DNA of 64,000 nt, from the NCBI RefSeq assembly GCF_018350175.1, contig NC_058377.1, positions 62,310,001-62,374,000 on the forward strand. The letters are read 5' to 3'. The position numbers and the translations under genes were made by a program. This stretch comes from Felis catus (taxonomy: Eukaryota). Positions 24,949 to 36,771 of this stretch are shown in pieces (position 1 is the first letter of the stretch; each line of letters begins with the position of its first letter). The notes below the pieces were generated by a model. The model saw nothing but the letters and a program-made list of their open reading frames with translations. It was not told the DNA's origin and ran no database searches.

Positions 24949-25932
24949 ATGTCTGCATCTCTGAAAGGCTCTAATAGCTCCAAGTTCCAGGTGTCTGAGT
25001 TCATCTTGATGGGACTCCCAGGCATTCACAGCTGGCAACACTGGCTCTCTTTACCATTGGCAATACTCTACCTCTCAGCAATTGGTGCTAATATCCTCAT
25101 CCTCATCACCATCTGCCAGGACCCTGCTCTTCAGCAGCCCATGTACTCTTTCCTAGGCATCCTCTCTGTGGTGGACATGGGCCTGGCCACCACCATCATG
25201 CCCAAGATCTTGGCCATCTTCTGGTTTGATGCGAAGGTCATCAGCCTTCCTGAGTGTTTTGCTCAGATCTATGCCATTCACTGCTTTGTGGGCATGGAGT
25301 CTGGTATCTTCCTCTGCATGGCTTTTGATAGATACATAGCTATTTGTCACCCTCTTCGCTACCCATCAATTGTCACCAAGGCCTTAATCTTAAGAGCTAC
25401 TGTGCTCATGGTACTAAGAAACGGTTTGCTTTCCCTTCCAATGCCAGTGCTAGCAGCCCAGCGTAATTATTGTTCCAGGAACGAGATTGAGCACTGCCTG
25501 TGCTCTAACCTTGGGGTCACCAGCCTGGCTTGTGATGACAGGAGGCCAAACAGCATCTGCCAATTGGTTCTGGCATGGCTTGTAATGGGGAGTGACCTAG
25601 GTCTTATACTATTCTCATACATTTTGATTCTGCGCTCTGTACTTAAACTGAATTCTGCTGAAGCTGCCTCCAAAGCTCTGAGCACTTGTAGCTCCCATCT
25701 GATCCTTATCCTATTCTTCTACACTGTTGTTGTAGTGATTTCAGCAACTCATCTGGCAGAAACTAAGGTCCCTTTGGTTCCAGTTCTACTCAATGTGCTG
25801 CACAACATCATCCCCCCTTCCCTCAACCCAATGGTTTATGCACTTAGGACTAAAGAACTTAGGGTAGGCTTCCAAAAGGTGTTTTGTTTGAGCTTAGAAA
25901 AGAAAACAAAGCACCAGAGACCTTCTCCATGA
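24949..25932 (+). CDS. OR56B1: Class I olfactory receptor, OR56B1-like copy a, intact
   Basis: [74 protein letters not shown]. Confidence 0.9.
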   Translation: MSASLKGSNSSKFQVSEFILMGLPGIHSWQHWLSLPLAILYLSAIGANILILITICQDPALQQPMYSFLGILSVVDMGLATTIMPKILAIFWFDAKVISLPECFAQIYAIHCFVGMESGIFLCMAFDRYIAICHPLRYPSIVTKALILRATVLMVLRNGLLSLPMPVLAAQRNYCSRNEIEHCLCSNLGVTSLACDDRRPNSICQLVLAWLVMGSDLGLILFSYILILRSVLKLNSAEAASKALSTCSSHLILILFFYTVVVVISATHLAETKVPLVPVLLNVLHNIIPPSLNPMVYALRTKELRVGFQKVFCLSLEKKTKHQRPSP

Positions 25933-26909
25933 TGTACATGAACTTCAGCTCCTTCTAAGACAGATAGTAGAATTTCAAATATGAAGGGGGAAGTGAATTG
26001 CCTTTGAGATATCTTTTTCACATTGTAAAAGCATAAGGATACAACAACAAAAACATTCCAATTAGCTCCAAAATATTGACAAGAGCTGAATATATTGGAG
26101 GAGAAGTATTTTCTACCAAACCAAATGGAATAAAAACTAGAATTTATGATTTATATCTCTCCCCGCGAATAAAAATTACCATAACAAAAACACACAACCA
26201 AGAAATAAGTGATTGGGACGTGAGTTATAGATCATGCTTGTTTATTGATAGCTGTACCCCGGGAACAATGTCTTTCTGACTGAACAAGTGTCATTCCAGT
26301 AATGTGTCTACAGAGGGAGGAATAGAAAATACTTCAGATGAACAAAGCCAAATCAGTCTATGATGGTACTTGGGATGGAATAGGGCAAGATGACAAGACT
26401 TCGATAAACAGAACCCAAAAGATACAGATCGATTTACTAAGTCTAAAGATAAAAGCCTATTGGCAATTCTGGCTTTCAATGAAAAACATTTTTTATATTC
26501 TAAGGTCATACTTGATGCTTTTATACACACTGAACATTAATACGCTCCTTGAAATTCCAATGCTAAAATTTTAAATTATGAATAAACCATTTACTTTAAA
26601 CAGAAAATGGAAAAGTCATTTTAGCTAGTTGCCATATGATTTAAGTGTAAATTTGAGAAACTCTCATTTTAAAACTTTCCTTTTGTATTAATAAACTGAG
26701 AAAGTGAATAATTGTTTTTATGGTTTGTGTTGTAAAGACACCTTATCAAAGCTGGAAATGAAACAATATGACACAATTAGCTTAGTACACACTATCAAGC
26801 TTTTTATTTCCCCAGAGTGACCTTGACCTAAGAGTTTTGTTAGAATTCTCTTTTTCTGATCTTAATATATTCTCCCCAATTGTTTGGTATTCTGTTTACC
26901 TAAAATAAA

Positions 26910-26935
26910 TGTGTGTGTGTGTGTGTGTGTGTGTG
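26910..26935. repeat. (TG)n microsatellite, absent from paralog C2
   Basis: Direct reading. Confidence 0.95.
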
Positions 26936-27322
26936 GCAGTTTTTAAACTTTTGTATATAGTTTTCATTCTGATATACTCTTTTGTACTACATATATATTT
27001 TAGAACTTAATTAGAATTATATTTAAATTAATGTGCACTTTATATCATTTATGTTTACTGACAAATCAATATATTCGACTTTTGTCATCTTACTGTTTCT
27101 TTGCACTTTCTTTGTATTTTCTTTACCTACTCTATCATTAGAATTCTTTATTCATCTATCTATTCTAATAATCTTGAGGAAGATGTCCTGTATTGCTTTT
27201 TCCTGTAATAGTTTTTTATGCCTTCCAAGTAATAATATTTTGGTGATAATTTACTAGTTATAAAATTCAAGTATAAAATGTCATTTGTTTATTTATTTAT
27301 TTATTTATCCATCTATTAGTTA

Positions 27323-27745
27323 TTTTTTAATGTTTATGTATTTATTTTTAAGAGACAGAGAGTGGGGAAGGGGCAGAAGGAGAAGGAGAGAGAGAATCCC
27401 AAGCAGGCTCTACCTTGCCCATGAGGGGCTCGATCTCATGAACCATGAGATCATGACCTGAGTCAAAATCGGGAGTAGGATGCTTAACTGAGTTACCCAT
27501 GCACCCCAGTAATATCTGAATCTTTTAATTTGTGTTTATTTATTTATTTCGAGAGAGGGAGAGAGAGACAGAGAGAATGAACGGAGGAGGGGCAGAGAGA
27601 GAGCGAGAGGGAGAGAGAGAATCCCAAGCAGGCTCCATGCTCAGTGCAGAGACTGATGGCGGGACTCGATCTCACAACCATGAGATCTTGACCTGAGCTG
27701 AATTCAAGAGTCACTCACTTAACCAACTGAGCCACCCAGTGCCCC
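27323..27745 (-). mobile_element. Tandem pair of Can-SINEs (27323-27507 and 27525-27745)
   Basis: Two heads; outer TSD tccatctatta. Confidence 0.9.
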
Positions 27746-29501
27746 TCCATCTATTATTTATTTTAAAAAAATGTATTGAGTATCTTATATGTTCCGTATG
27801 GTTTGCTAGACACTGAGGATGTAATTATAAGTACAAAATGCCCTCAATATCAAGTTTCATTGAATTTTGGAAACTTCTACATTTATATTGATTTTTATAG
27901 TATCATGAGGTAAATAAAATGAAAGAATAATTCTTCAAACAAATCAATTCCTTACCTCCAATCATGGCTGTTTGTAACAACATTATTTAAAGATTATTTA
28001 GAGGATGTGTCACTATTATCACATCCAAGGGACATTTGAGTCTTTCTGAAGGTTTTCCTTGAAGAATGAATAGGAATTACCTACATTGGAGGGGGACCGA
28101 CAGGGAGCAACAAAAGGACAGAGGACCTTGTGTCCCAAAACCGAGGGTATCAGTGAGATGTGAGTAGGAAATAGCAAATAGCAACAAGAGGCAACACTGT
28201 CATTTTCGTTTCCATCCTTCAGAATCCTATTAATGCTTCAGGTCTAAGAGTACTTGTTCTTTTCTCTTAGAAGCTTCTCCTGAGATGAGCCTGGATACCC
28301 ATGTGCTCCTATGCCACCAAGTATAACTTTAAGATTGCAACGACATGAGAAGAGGCCCTTGAAGACCATGCTCATCACATGTTCAACTTGTGTTTCCTTG
28401 CTATTCCAAATCATGTTACCTTTGGCAAATCTCATCTGTCCTCTCTTGACATCATATATGTTGCAGAATTTCCATGTGACTATTTCCCCTATTTGATGAT
28501 CTTAAAATAGTCAAAATTTTTTGATGGAGGGTAGAATTAATATTTCCTCTGATGGCACATAGAAGAGAATTTGTTTAGTGGCAAACTCAGTTGCTTTCCA
28601 TGGCATTTACTTTTGAAAACATGCCAAAATTGCAGTCAGTCTGAAAGAATATACAAATATAGGTATTGAGTACTTGAAATGTTGTAGCATGTTTTACCAC
28701 ACTATCTCCTTCATTTTCTCAGCAATATATTTCATTTTGTTCTTGATAAATTATAATATACAGGTACAATTTCACAATTGCAGTTTGAGGAATCCTAACA
28801 ACCTGGAATTCACATACCTGTTGACCATATATGGAAAAAGAATATTCACAGCACTTCATAAGAGCTCTCTACATTAGCCATATGTGCAGGTGGTTGTAGA
28901 TTATTTATTCTCATTGTTATCTAGAATTTCATTGTGGGGTTTTATTTACGCATTCTAGCAATAATGGACATTTAGGCATTTTCCAGTTTTAGATTACTAA
29001 TATATTACAATTATGCTACAAAGAACATTCTTATGGATGTGTTTTCATAAAATTATGTACGCATTTTTGTTAGGAATGGACCTGATGGTCATACATAAAT
29101 TCGTCATTAGCAGATAAGCCAAAAATAATTTAAATCTACACTCCTACCCACAGTTGTTCCATGTTTTCACCAATGCTTGGTATTATTAGTCTTTTTTCAT
29201 CTCAGTGATTTAGTTTGATATGTATTGCTATGTCATGAGAGACTCAATTTCCATAAATTTTCCTAATGACTAGAGAAGTTGGTGCCTATTTACATGTTTA
29301 GTGGCACCTTTTTGTTCCTCTTTTGTGAAAAGTGTAAGTAATCTGTCCCATCCCACCCCATTTATTATTATTGTAGAAGTTGAAGATCGTGTTAAGCAAT
29401 GATGAGAAGACAAAGACAGTTAACAGAGGGTAAATTTGAGTGTGATAGATTTCAAAGTGTTTGCAGAGACTCTTATACCCTGAATTAAAAAGAACACAGT
29501 T

Positions 29502-29712
29502 GGGGTGCCTGGGTGGCTCAAGTAGTTAAGCGTCCAACTCTTGATTTTGGCTAAAGTCATGATCTCACAGTTTGTGAGTTTGAGCCTGACCTTGGGCTCT
29601 GTGCTGACAGTGCAGACCTTGCTTGAGATCCTTTCTCTCTCCCTCTCTCTGTGTTCCTCCTGCTTGTGTTCTTTCTCTCAAAATGAATGAATAAACTTTA
29701 AAAAATATTTAA
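29502..29712 (+). mobile_element. Can-SINE
   Basis: TSD aaaaagaacacagtt/aaaaagaacatagct. Confidence 0.9.
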
Positions 29713-29729
29713 AAAAAAGAACATAGCTG

Positions 29730-30180
29730 AGGAGTAAATTTGGCCTTGAAAATGGAATTGCAAAACTCAATAGTCATTTAATGCTCAGCAAGACAGGTAT
29801 CTTATACTAAGGACTTGTTCTTGGTCTGGAAAACCTGGGATTCTGAAAAATGGGATGTGGATTCTGGATGGATGCCCATTGAGGATTTGGCTCTGCATAT
29901 CTCTGAATCATTAAAGAGTTTGGTCTACCCCTTTATTTGTAAGAGCTAGTGCTACCTTAATGCGGGAAGGTGAAGGAAGACACCTCAATGAAGATGTGTG
30001 TCTTCTGGTACGGTTATTACCCTCTCAAGGTTTCCAAGCTGGTAACTAAGGTTAAATCTCATTGTGATTATACTATGAGTGAGTTGCAAGAGAAAGATAG
30101 TATGTCTTAACAGGAGTCAAGATATTGGAATTTAAGGGTGCTTGATCAAGGAAACCAGAACATAAGACATGAGAGCATAG
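29730..30180 (+). mobile_element. Degraded ERVL internal (gag-like) remnant
   Basis: gggattctgaaaaatgggatgtgga and gggtgcttgatcaaggaaaccagaacataag resemble ERVL internal sequence. Confidence 0.45.
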
Positions 30181-30185
30181 GAGAA

Positions 30186-30258
30186 GGGGCATCTGGATAG
30201 CTCATTCGGTTAAGGATCTGGCTCTTGATTTGGGCTCAGGTCATGATCTCACAGTTCA
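30186..30258 (+). mobile_element. Can-SINE 5' fragment abutting L1
   Basis: Head only. Confidence 0.75.
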
Positions 30259-31212
30259 TTTATTTGTTTATTTTTTAATTAAATTCAAGTTAGTTAGCAT
30301 ACAGCACAGTCTTGGCTCCCAAAGTAGAACCCAGCGATTCATCACTTACATATAACACCCAGTGCTCATCCCAACAAGTACCCTCCTTAATACCCATCAC
30401 CCATTTAGCCCATCCCCCACCCACTTCCCCTCTAGTAACCCACAGTTTGTTCTCTGTATTTAAGAGTCTCTGATGGTTTACTCCCTCTCTGTTTTTATCT
30501 TATTTGTCCTTCCTTTCCCCTGTGTTCATCTGTTTTGTTTCTTAAATTCCACATGTGAGTAAATTCATATGATATTTGTCTTTCTCTGAGTAGTAGACAC
30601 TTTTTCATCGCTGAGTAGTATACCACCTCATCTTTATCCATTCATCAGTTGATGGACATTTGGTCTATTTCCATAAATTTTCTATTGTTGATAGGGGTGC
30701 TATAAACATTGGGGTGCATATGCCCCTTCGAATCAGCATTTTTGTATCCTACTAAATACATAGTAGTGCAATTGCTGGGCTGCAGGGTAGTTCTACTTTT
30801 AATTTTTTGAGAAACCTCCATGCTGTTTCCCACAGTGGCTGCACCAGTTTGCATTTCCACCAGCAGTGCAAAAGGGTTCTCCTTTCTCCACATCTTTACC
30901 AACATCTNNNNNNNNNNNNNNNNNNNNNNNNNNNNNNNNNNNNNNNNNNNNNNNNNNNNNNNNNNNNNNNNNNNNNNNNNNNNNNNNNNNNNNNNNNNNN
31001 NNNNNNNNNNNNNNNNNNNNNNNNNNNNNNNNNNNATGTCTTCTTTAGAAAAGTGTCTATTCATCTCTTCTGCCCATTTCTTCACTGGATTATTTGCTTT
31101 ATGGGTGCTGAGTTTCATAAGTTCTTTACAGACATTGGATACTAACCCTTTATCCAATACGTCATTTGCAAATATTTTCTTTCATTCCATTCTTTGCCTT
31201 TAGTTCCGTTGA
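30259..31212 (-). mobile_element. 5'-truncated carnivore L1
   Basis: Reverse-strand L1 3'UTR and ORF2 C-terminus (track ORF 30645-31157 is ORF2-like: [15 protein letters not shown]). Confidence 0.9.
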
Positions 31213-31505
31213 ATGATGTTTTATTCAATCATAATAACCCTATTTTGGAATGATTAATTATATAATATTAGATGAAAATATCAGTATATGTTGCAGTACA
31301 TTATCATCATTTTTGTTAAAACATATATAATACCTGCATATCAGCACATTTACATATATATAATTCTGAAATCAGGATAAAAATATAACAGATTCCTTCT
31401 GAATTGGAGAACTATAAGTGCTTTTTGATCTCCATTCTTTTTTCTCACGTTTTTAATGTATGTCGGTATTACTTTTTTTCCTATTTTAAACAGATAAACA
31501 ATTAA

Positions 31506-31717
31506 TTTTTTTTTCAACGTTTATTTATTTTTGGGACAGAGAGAGACAGAGCATGAACGGGGGAGGGGCAGAGAGAGAGGGAGACACAGAATCGGAAACA
31601 GGCTCCAGGCTCTGAGCCATCAGCCCAGAGCCTGATGCGGGGCTCGAACTCACGGACCGCGAGATCGTGACCTGGCTGAAGTCGGGCGCTTAACCGACTG
31701 CGCCACCCAGGCGCCCC
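31506..31717 (-). mobile_element. Young felid-type Can-SINE
   Basis: 18-bp TSD aaacagataaacaattaa; empty site at ~45175. Confidence 0.95.
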
Positions 31718-32229
31718 AAACAGATAAACAATTAAAATCAGTAATTTTCCTAAAAATTATTGCTATCGTCATGATTATTTCAGGGTTTTATATTGATCTA
31801 TTTTTTTCCTAACTTAATATGTAGGTGTAATAAGTCTAAACTTTTGTTCCCCATATTTTTTAGATTGCCATAATTGTCTTTTCTTCTCTTAAAATCTACT
31901 CTTGAAATCAATATTACACCATGTGTTAACTAACTAGAGTTTAAATAAAATCTTGAAACAAAAATAAAACTAAACTAGGGACCATGTTTACATCTTTCTT
32001 AGCATAGCTTAGAGAGTAGAAAGTTTTAAATAAATAGCCATCAAATGGAAAGATGAAATAATACACGAATAAAAGAAGAAATTAGAAAAAGAATTTGTGT
32101 GTGAATGAGAAAAAAACTTCTCTGCTTAAGTGCTTTTGATCTATTTTTCCATTGGACACGGGAGAAAAAGGAAACATAAATGTGTGCTGAATATCGAGTC
32201 CTAGTTTTAATTAAAAATAACTTGTGTTT

Positions 32230-32438
32230 GGGGCGCCTGGGTGGTTCAGTTGGTTAAGCTTTGACTTCAGCTCAGGTCATTATTTCACAGTTCATGAGTT
32301 AGAGCCCTGCGTTGGGCTCTGGGCTGACAGATCAGAGCCTGGAGCCTGCTTCAGATTCTGTGTCTCCCTCTCTTTGACCCTCCCCCACTTGTGCTCTGTC
32401 TCCCTCTCTGGCAAGAATAAACATTAAAAAATAAATTA
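32230..32438 (+). mobile_element. Can-SINE
   Basis: Head and tail present; absent from block B2. Confidence 0.92.
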
Positions 32439-32589
32439 AAAAATTAACTTGGGTTCAAGTTTCATAGTTCAAGTTCATATTTCATTCTCTACTTTCCTGT
32501 ACATATATGCTAACACACAAACACACACATATGAAATTATACACTTATTTATGTATCAATATTTGGGCACTAAGAATGGACAGTTATAG

Positions 32590-32856
32590 ATCTTTTTCTT
32601 CCTCCCGCAGAGGTTTAGCTTGATCCCCACACCAACACTTGTGTCTCCAATACTCTGACATGGTCCCTTGGGACACATGACACACATTTTCCTTTAAAGT
32701 CTTGGTTCAATAGTACAGATATCAAGGAAGTTGAAGATTGGCTGCTACACATGCACAGTCATTCTAGGATTGTGATTTTTTTTAACAAGATCCTAAATAC
32801 CTGGACTAGACTGCATTCAGCCCACTTTTTTGCTATCCAGGAGCTAAGGTATTTAA
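32590..32856 (+). promoter_or_regulatory. OR52N4-type upstream module, copy 2 (orphan; next CDS is OR56B1-b)
   Basis: Acceptor-like tract ending 32610, TCCCTTGGGA 32664-32673, donor GT at 32849. Confidence 0.55.
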
Positions 32857-32888
32857 GACATACAAAAGAGGGGCTAGTGACAGAATTT

Positions 32889-32938
<50 letters not shown>

Positions 32939-33473
32939 CTTTTTTTTTCAATAGGCAGTAAGATAAGGCGAGAGGGGTTTGGGTATATATCAATTGCTTA
33001 TTATTTTTCCAGAAATAAATCTTCAATTTCATTCACATAATTTGAATGCAGAAATATTGTGTGGGTTTGAGTGTTTTTATTAAATATGCATTTTTCCAAA
33101 TACGGCATTAAAATTCAGTATAACTTTATTGTGATTATGATCATCTATGTTACATCTCTATCTAAATAGGAATCTTTATGTCAGTGGTCGTGGAAGTTGG
33201 ACAGGAATCACTCTCACGACAAGGAGAAATGGAAGAACAGTTAGAAAATAGTTCTCCACCATTAGATCAATGACCCGATCACTCTGGCTTCTTACCTGTC
33301 CTGCCCCTGTTCCTCAAAATCAGAGTTCAATTTTCCTTTATTATTTTCTAGAGAGACTGAGCTATGGCTTTACTTCATTGTTTTTGGGTAGCAAAAAGCA
33401 CATGGGTGTGCCTTTGCCACACCCTCATAGGCAAAGAAAAACATGGATGTAAACAATTAAAGATGGTCTTGTG

Positions 33474-33709
33474 GGGGCGCCTGGGTGGCGCAGGGTGGCG
33501 CAGTCGGTTAAGCGTCCGACTTCAGCCAGGTCATGATCTCGGGGTCCGTGAGTTCGAGCCCCGCGTCAGGCTCTGGGCTGATGGCTCGGAGCCTGGAGCC
33601 TGTTTCCGATTCTGTGTCTCCCTCTCTCTCTGCCCCTCCCCCGTTCATGCTCTTTCTCTCTCTGTCCCAAAAAAATAAATAAATGTTGAAAAAAAAATTA
33701 AAAAAAAAA
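33474..33709 (+). mobile_element. Young felid-type Can-SINE with duplicated A-box segment
   Basis: TSD taaagatggtcttgtgg. Confidence 0.95.
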
Positions 33710-34186
33710 TAAAGATGGTCTTGTGGAAAAACAAATTTTCTTACCTAGGGTTGAAGAATGAGACAGCAGGTGATATCAAAACTGCATTTTGTAAGTTTGG
33801 TGATAGTCATGTGTTAATATTACCATTCCAGTAACCCTGTCTACAGGCCAGCATAATATAAGCCAAATTTCCTTGTGGAAGAAATTGAATTCTGATGTGT
33901 CAAAAATTTTTTTAATTTGTTTTGAGAAAAGAAAACTGCTTAAATTTGTAGTTAATACTTAGTTCTTTAACTTAAATCTTGGAGAGTTTTGCAAATATAT
34001 TGAAGTTGGGACCCAAATTATTGTGTAAGCATAAAGCCAGTTTTAGTGACTAAAGCTATGCAGATAAAAAGGAAATTGAGGAGTGTAAAGAGAATGTTTA
34101 GCATTTTTTATAAAATACATCCTTCCAAAGAGTGCATCTGTAATCCCAGAAAAATATTTTTAGTTTTCAATTTAGTGGTACTTATG

Positions 34187-34398
34187 AGTTTTTAAAATAT
34201 TTATTTATTTTGAGAGACAGCGAGACAGAGAGAGAGAGAGAGAGGCAGGGAGAGAAAATCCCAACCAGCCTCCATGCTGGGAGCAATCAGCCATCAGTGC
34301 AGACCCCCTCTCCCAGCCTGACTTCAGGACTGAGAGTTTAGGACTTGAGCTGATATCAAAGGTTGGACGCTCAACCTACTGAGTCACCCAGATAGACC
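34187..34398 (-). mobile_element. Older Can-SINE (shared with block B2)
   Basis: TSD tagtggtacttatg. Confidence 0.8.
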
Positions 34399-34852
34399 TA
34401 GTGGTACTTATGTTTTTCTTGTTTTCTCTACCTGCCTCTTATACACAGGTATATAGTTAAAATGCAATAGATGTAAGGAAATATACTTGGATAAAAAAAC
34501 ATAGTAACTTTTTCTCCAACCCAAGCAGTTCTTTCTGGGTAGAAATCAAGACACTGAACTCATATCGTTCACTCTTGTTATGAGACTCTAACTTCAGAAG
34601 CTGTAATATTGCATTGTGCACCTGCTGTTTACAATACAAGTATAGTAACCAATGACTGAACATCACAGTTCAATCATTCAAGAGAGACTGTCCAATGTAT
34701 TAGAATGGGATAGAGGGAGAAAAGAAGAGTGATCCTTATAGACTAGTTTACACTCAATTTTAATAAGTTATTCAAAGATAATTTTATAAATCTTTTATTG
34801 ATTACAAGTGTAACTGTGTGTGTATAATTTGTTTTAAATTTATATTTTTCTT

Positions 34853-35062
34853 GGGGCATCTGGGTGACTCAAGTGGTTAAGTGTCTGAATTTGGCTCAGG
34901 TCATGATCTCATGGTATCTGGTTTTGAGCCTGGTGTTGGGCTCTGTGCTGACAGCTCAGAGCCTGGAGCCTGCTTCAGATTCTGTGTCTCCCTCTCTCTC
35001 TGCCGCTCCCCTACTCACACTCTGTCTCACTCTCTCTCAAAAATAAATAAACATTAAAAAAT
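34853..35062 (+). mobile_element. Can-SINE
   Basis: TSD ttaaatttatattt. Confidence 0.9.
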
Positions 35063-35140
35063 TAAATTTATATTTATCTTAATGACATATGTGTAACAAA
35101 ACTTAGAGTATACAATGTTACCTATAAATATAAATTATGA

Positions 35141-36386
35141 ATTTACTAAGTCTAAAGATAAAAGCTTCTTGGCAGTTCTGTTCTTCAGAGAAACATTTTT
35201 TTAAATTGCAAAGGTCGTATTTGTGGTTTTTATACAAATGAAAATTAATACATTCCTTGAAATTCCAAAGCTAAAATTTAAAATGATGAACAAAACATTT
35301 CTCTTACACAGAAAATTGAAAGTCACTTTAACAAGCTGACATATGATTTAAGTGTAAATTTGAGAAGCCCTCATTTTAAAACTTTCCCTTTGTATTAATA
35401 AACTGAGAAAGTGAATTTAATTGTTTTTATGGTGTGGGTTGTAAAGAAACTGTATCAAACCTGGAAATGAAATAATCTGATACAATTAACTTTAATTACA
35501 CACTGTCAAGATTTCTATTTTCCCAAAGTGATATTGACCAACAAGTTTTGCTTTGAATTCTCTTTTCCTGACATTAATATATTCTCCCCAATTCTTTGAC
35601 ATCTTGTTTACTTAAAAAGAATACAGATTTTAAACTTTTGTGTATAGCTTTCATTCTGATATACTTTTTTGTAATGCATATGTAAGTTTTAAAGTTAATT
35701 AGAGTTATAATTAAATTAATGGGTAGTTCAAATAATTTATATTTACTGACAAACCAATATGTCTCTTCCACTTTTGTCATCTTTTTTTTTCTTTGCACAT
35801 TCTTTGTATTTCCTTTATTTCCATAGTTTATCATGGGAATGCTTTATTTATTTGTCTTTCCTAATAGTCTTCAGTAAGTTGTTCTTTATTGCTTTTCCTA
35901 TAGTAGTTACTTTTATGCCTTCCAAGTAATAATATTTAGATTATAGCTACTAATTATAAAATGCAAGTGTAAATGTTATTTGTGTATTTATTTGTGCATT
36001 CATTTATCCATCTATTATTCATTTTTTAAATGTGTATTAGTTTCTAAGAGAGAGAGAAAGAGAGAGAGTGCACAAGTGGGGGATGAGTAGAGAGAGAGAA
36101 TCCCGAGCAAGCTCTGCACTGTTAACACAGATCCCAACACAGGGCTCGATCTCATGAACCATGAGATCATGACCTGAGTCGAAATCAAGAGTAGGATGAG
36201 CCACCCAGGCATCCCAGNNNNNNNNNNNNNNNNNNNNNNNNNNNNNNNNNNNNNNNNNNNNNNNNNNNNNNNNNNNNNNNNNNNNNNNNNNNNNNNNNNN
36301 NNNNNNNNNNNNNNNNNNNNNNNNNNNNNNNNNNNNNNNNNNNNNNNNNNNNAGAAAAGGGACCGAGAGAATCTCAAGCAGGCTCC
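35141..36386 (+). repeat. Duplicated block C2
   Basis: Colinear with 26432-27636, including the same SINEs. Confidence 0.85.
36021..36386 (-). mobile_element. Can-SINE pair, second copy truncated (paralog of 27323-27745)
   Basis: Same position in block C; N-gap inside. Confidence 0.8.
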
Positions 36387-36547
36387 AGGTAGGAAACCTT
36401 TCCCAGTGAAAAACTCCTGCCATTGCCAGGACATCAGACTATGAGTCTCTGCCCCTGACCACAGTTAAGTACTAAAACCTTGGCATGCTCACACTGGCTA
36501 AATCCCAAAGCATCCCATGGAGCATCCCTTTTTTTAAATAAAAAAAC

Positions 36548-36771
36548 TTATTTTTAAATTTATTTATTAATTTTGAGAGAGACAGAGACATCATGATGGG
36601 GGGCAGGGTGGGGGCAGAGAGAGAGGAAGTGAGAGAATCTCAAGCAGGATATGTGCTGCCAGCACAGAACCCAATGGGGGGGGGGCGGGGGTTGAACTCA
36701 TGAAACCATGAGATCATGACCTGAGCTGAAACCGAGTCAGATGCTTAACCAATTAAGCCACCCTGGTACCC
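36548..36771 (-). mobile_element. Can-SINE specific to block A2
   Basis: Absent at ~22710. Confidence 0.85.

Larger units (their letters stand above)
22590..26429 (+). repeat. Segmental duplication block A1 (contains OR56B1-a), paralog of 36384-40611
   Basis: Colinear similarity; about 87% in a sampled 120-bp flank and about 98% in the CDS. Confidence 0.9.
26432..28300 (+). repeat. Duplicated block C1+D1; paralogs 35141-36386 (C2) and older 58430-59620 (C3+D3)
   Basis: atttactaagtctaaagataaaagc at 26432 and 35141; ttccaagtaataatattt shared at ~27222, ~35920 and 59041. Confidence 0.8.
31066..34290 (+). repeat. Duplicated block B1; paralogs 44741-47358 (B2) and older 56600-57920 (B3)
   Basis: Long colinear matches; three SINEs present only in B1. 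Confidence 0.88.

Noticed and set aside
30645-31203. ORFs spanning N-gaps (also at 20.4, 36.0, 38.5 and 46.0 kb)
   Set aside because: Length is inflated by Ns; sequence is L1- or SINE-derived, or non-coding.
36395-36416. cccagtgaaaaac shared with ~41355-41367
   Set aside because: Short match without extendable flanks; may be chance.
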